Position numbers and translations under genes: made by a program. This document shows, in pieces, positions 59,801 through 64,000 of a DNA stretch of 64,000 nucleotides (position 1 is the stretch's first letter; the number at the start of each line of letters is the position of its first letter). The notes below the pieces were generated by a model. The model saw nothing but the letters and a program-made list of their open reading frames with translations, was not told the DNA's origin and made no database searches. The stretch is taken from positions 81,592,001 to 81,656,000 of the forward strand of contig OZ024743.1 in NCBI GenBank assembly GCA_964016885.1, given 5' to 3'. Origin of the DNA: Eledone cirrhosa. Its lineage: Eukaryota.

Positions 59801-62800
59801 ACAGTGCCACTGATGTTGTACAAGGCAGAGTCAATGGCCGATACAGCGCCTCTGATGTTGTACAAGGCAGAGTCAATGGCCGATACAGTGCCTCTGATGT
59901 TGTACAAGGCAGAGTCAATGGCCGATACAGTGCCTCTGATGTTGTACAAGGCAGAGTCAATGGCCGATACAGTGCCTCTGATGTTGTACAAGGCAGAGTC
60001 AATGGCCGATACAGTGCCTCTGATGATGTACAAGGCAGAGTCAATGGCCGATACAGTGCTATGGATGTTGTACAAGGCAGAGTCAATGGCCGATACAGTG
60101 CCACTGATGTTGTACAAGGCAGAGTCAATGGCCGATACAGTGCCACTGATGTTGTACAAGGCAGAGTCAATGGCCGATACAGTGCCACTGATGTTGTATA
60201 AGGCAGAGTCAATGGCCGATACAGTGCCACTGATGTTGTACAAGGCAGAGACAATGGCCGATACAGTGCTTCTGATGTTGTACAAGGCAGAGTCAATGGC
60301 CGATACAGTGCCACTGATGTTGTACAAGGCAGAGTCAATGGCCGATACAGTGCCACTGATGTTGTACAAGTCAGAGTCAATGGCCGATACAGTGCCACTG
60401 ATGTTGTATAAGGCAGAGTCAATGTCCGATACAGTGCCACTGATGTTGTACAATGCAGAGTCAATGGCCGATACAGTGCCACTGATGTTGTACAAGGCAG
60501 AGTGATTGGCCGATACAGTGCCACTGATGTTGTACAATGCAGAGTCAATGGCCGATACAGTGCCACTGATGTTGTACAATGCAGAGTCAATGGCCGATAC
60601 AGTGCCACTGATGTTGTACAAGGCAGAGTGATTGGCCGATACAGTGCCACTGATGTTGTACAATGCAGAGTCAATGGCCGATACAGTGCCTCTGATGTTG
60701 TACAAGGCAGAGTCAATGGCCGACACAGTGCTACCGATGTTGTATAAGGCAGAGTCAATGGCCGATACAGTGCCACTGATGTTGTACAAGGCAGAGTCAA
60801 TGGCCGATACAGTGCTACCGATGTTGTATAAGGCAGAGTCAATGGCCGATACAGTGCTACCGATGTTGTATAAGGCAGAGTCAATGGCCGATACAGTGCT
60901 ACCGATGTTGTACAAGGCAGAGTCAATGGCCGACACAGTGCCACTGATGTTGTACAAGGCAGAGTCAATGGCCGATACAGTGCCACTGATGTTGTACAAG
61001 GCAGAGTCAATGGCCGATACAGTGCTACCGATGTTGTATAAGGCAGAGTCAATGGCCGATACAGTGCTACCGATGTTGTATAAGGCAGAGTCAATGGCCG
61101 ATACAGTGCCACTGATGTTGTACAAGGCAGAGTCAATGGCCGACACAGTGCTACCGATGTTGTATAAGGCAGAGTCAATGGCCGATACAGTGCCTCTGAT
61201 GTTGTACAAGGCAGAGTCAATGGCCGATACTGTGCCACTGATGTTATACAAGGCAGAGTCAATGGCCGATACAGTGCCTCTGATGTTGTACAAGGCAGAG
61301 TCAATGGCCGATACAGTGCTACTGGTGCAGTACAAGGCAGAGTCAATGGCCGATACAGTGCTACTGATGTTGTACAAGGCAGAGTCAATGGCCGATACAG
61401 TGCCACTGATGTTGTACAAGGCAGAGTCAATGGCCGATACAGTGCCTCTGATGCAGTACGAGGCAGAATCAATGGCCGATACAGTGCCTCTGATGCAGTA
61501 CAAGGCAGAGTCAATGGCCGATACAGCGCCTCTGATGTTGTACAAGGCAGAGTCAATGGCCGATACAGTGCCTCTGATGTTGTACAAGGCAGAGTCAATG
61601 GCCGATAGTGTGCTACTGATGTTGTACAAGGCAGGGTCAATGGCCGATACAGTGCCTCTGATGTTGTACAAGGCAGAGTCAATGGCCGATACAATGCCTC
61701 TGATGTTGTACAAGGCAGAGTCAATGGCCGATACAGTGCCTCTGATGTTGTACAAGGCAGAGTCAATGGCCGATACAGTACCACTGATGTTGTACAAGGC
61801 AGAGTCAATGGCCGATACAGTGCCTCTGATGTTGTACAAGGCAGAGTCAATGGCCGATACAGTGCCTCTGATGTTGTACAAGGCAGAGTCAATGGCCGAT
61901 ACAGTGCCTCTGATGTTGTACAAGGCAGAGTCAATGGCCGATACAGTGCCTCTGATGATGTACAAGGCAGAGTCAATGGCCGATACAGTGCTATGGATGT
62001 TGTACAAGGCAGAGTCAATGGCCGATACAGTGCCACTGATGTTGTACAAGGCAGAGTCAATGGCCGATACAGTGCCACTGATGTTGTACAAGGCAGAGTC
62101 AATGGCCGATACAGTGCCACTGATGTTGTATAAGGCAGAGTCAATGGCCGATACAGTGCCACTGATGTTGTACAAGGCAGAGACAATGGCCGATACAGTG
62201 CTTCTGATGTTGTACAAGGCAGAGTCAATGGCCGATACAGTGCCACTGATGTTGTACAAGGCAGAGTCAATGGCCGATACAGTGCCACTGATGTTGTACA
62301 AGTCAGAGTCAATGGCCGATACAGTGCCACTGATGTTGTATAAGGCAGAGTCAATGTCCGATACAGTGCCACTGATGTTGTACAATGCAGAGTCAATGGC
62401 CGATACAGTGCCACTGATGTTGTACAAGGCAGAGTGATTGGCCGATACAGTGCCACTGATGTTGTACAATGCAGAGTCAATGGCCGATACAGTGCCACTG
62501 ATGTTGTACAATGCAGAGTCAATGGCCGATACAGTGCCACTGATGTTGTACAAGGCAGAGTGATTGGCCGATACAGTGCCACTGATGTTGTACAATGCAG
62601 AGTCAATGGCCGATACAGTGCCTCTGATGTTGTACAAGGCAGAGTCAATGGCCGACACAGTGCTACCGATGTTGTATAAGGCAGAGTCAATGGCCGATAC
62701 AGTGCCACTGATGTTGTACAAGGCAGAGTCAATGGCCGATACAGTGCTACCGATGTTGTATAAGGCAGAGTCAATGGCCGATACAGTGCTACCGATGTTG

Positions 62801-64000
62801 TATAAGGCAGAGTCAATGGCCGATACAGTGCTACCGATGTTGTACAAGGCAGAGTCAATGGCCGACACAGTGCCACTGATGTTGTACAAGGCAGAGTCAA
62901 TGGCCGATACAGTGCCACTGATGTTGTACAAGGCAGAGTCAATGGCCGATACAGTGCTACCGATGTTGTATAAGGCAGAGTCAATGGCCGATACAGTGCT
63001 ACCGATGTTGTATAAGGCAGAGTCAATGGCCGATACAGTGCCACTGATGTTGTACAAGGCAGAGTCAATGGCCGACACAGTGCTACCGATGTTGTATAAG
63101 GCAGAGTCAATGGCCGATACAGTGCCTCTGATGTTGTACAAGGCAGAGTCAATGGCCGATACTGTGCCACTGATGTTATACAAGGCAGAGTCAATGGCCG
63201 ATACAGTGCCTCTGATGTTGTACAAGGCAGAGTCAATGGCCGATACAGTGCTACTGGTGCAGTACAAGGCAGAGTCAATGGCCGATACAGTGCTACTGAT
63301 GTTGTACAAGGCAGAGTCAATGGCCGATACAGTGCCACTGATGTTGTACAAGGCAGAGTCAATGGCCGATACAGTGCCTCTGATGCAGTACGAGGCAGAA
63401 TCAATGGCCGATACAGTGCCTCTGATGCAGTACAAGGCAGAGTCAATGGCCGATACAGCGCCTCTGATGTTGTACAAGGCAGAGTCAATGACCGATACAG
63501 TGCCTCTGATGTTGTACAAGGCAGAGTCAATGGCCGATAGTGTGCTACTGATGTTGTACAAGGCAGGGTCAATGGCCGATACAGTGCCTCTGATGTTGTA
63601 CAAGGCAGAGTCAATGGCCGATACAATGCCTCTGATGTTGTACAAGGCAGAGTCAATGGCCGATACAGTGCCTCTGATGTTGTACAAGGCAGAGTCAATG
63701 GCCGATACAGTACCACTGATGTTGTACAAGGCAGGGTCAATGGCCGATACAGTGCCACTGATGTTGTACAAGGCAGGGTCAATGGCCGATACAATGCCTC
63801 TGATGTTGTACAAGGCAGAGTCAATGGCCGATACAGTGCCACTGATGTTGTATAAGGCAGAGTCAATGGCCGATACAGTGCCTCTGATGTTGTACAAGGC
63901 AGAGTCAATGGCCGATACAGTGCCACTGATGTTGTACAAGGCAGAGTCAATGGCCGATACAGTGCTACTGGTGTTGTACAAGGCAGAGTCAATGGCCGAT
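56820..64000. repeat. 42-bp minisatellite, ~170 units, running off the window
   Basis: Unit GATGTTGTACAAGGCAGAGTCAATGGCCGATACAGTGCC(T/A)CT; constant length, substitution-only variants. Confidence 0.99.

Noticed and set aside
56708-63992. 1265-, 2404- and 2393-aa ORFs as real genes
   Set aside because: They are overlapping frames on both strands of a 42-bp tandem repeat with SINE-derived flanks and no unique domain.
56820-64000. CRISPR-like array
   Set aside because: There are no unique spacers (units differ only by point variants), no cas genes, and the context is eukaryotic.

Overview
Eukaryotic, extremely microsatellite-rich, apparently intergenic or intronic DNA. The tRNA-SINEs with Nin- and CORE-type domains and the repeat landscape point to a cephalopod (Octopus-like) genome; that is an inference. 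I see no host protein-coding exon, and almost all ORFs in the track are simple-repeat artefacts. Recognisable content: a near full-length decayed Tx1-clade LINE (5.7-10.7 kb) plus a second truncated copy, an internally deleted mariner, two Penelope-like element (PLE) GIY-YIG relics, RTE/CR1/Ingi-like RT fragments, more than 10 SINEs, and a >7 kb 42-bp minisatellite with a 1932-bp higher-order duplication. The most striking signal is about 20 intact or decayed minimal type I hammerhead ribozyme (HHR) motifs from about 10 unrelated short-repeat families. Most sit in or beside (TA)n tracts, several are 5'-to-5' fold-back pairs, and most families carry a different palindromic stem III loop. All folds were read by eye and need computational and biochemical confirmation.
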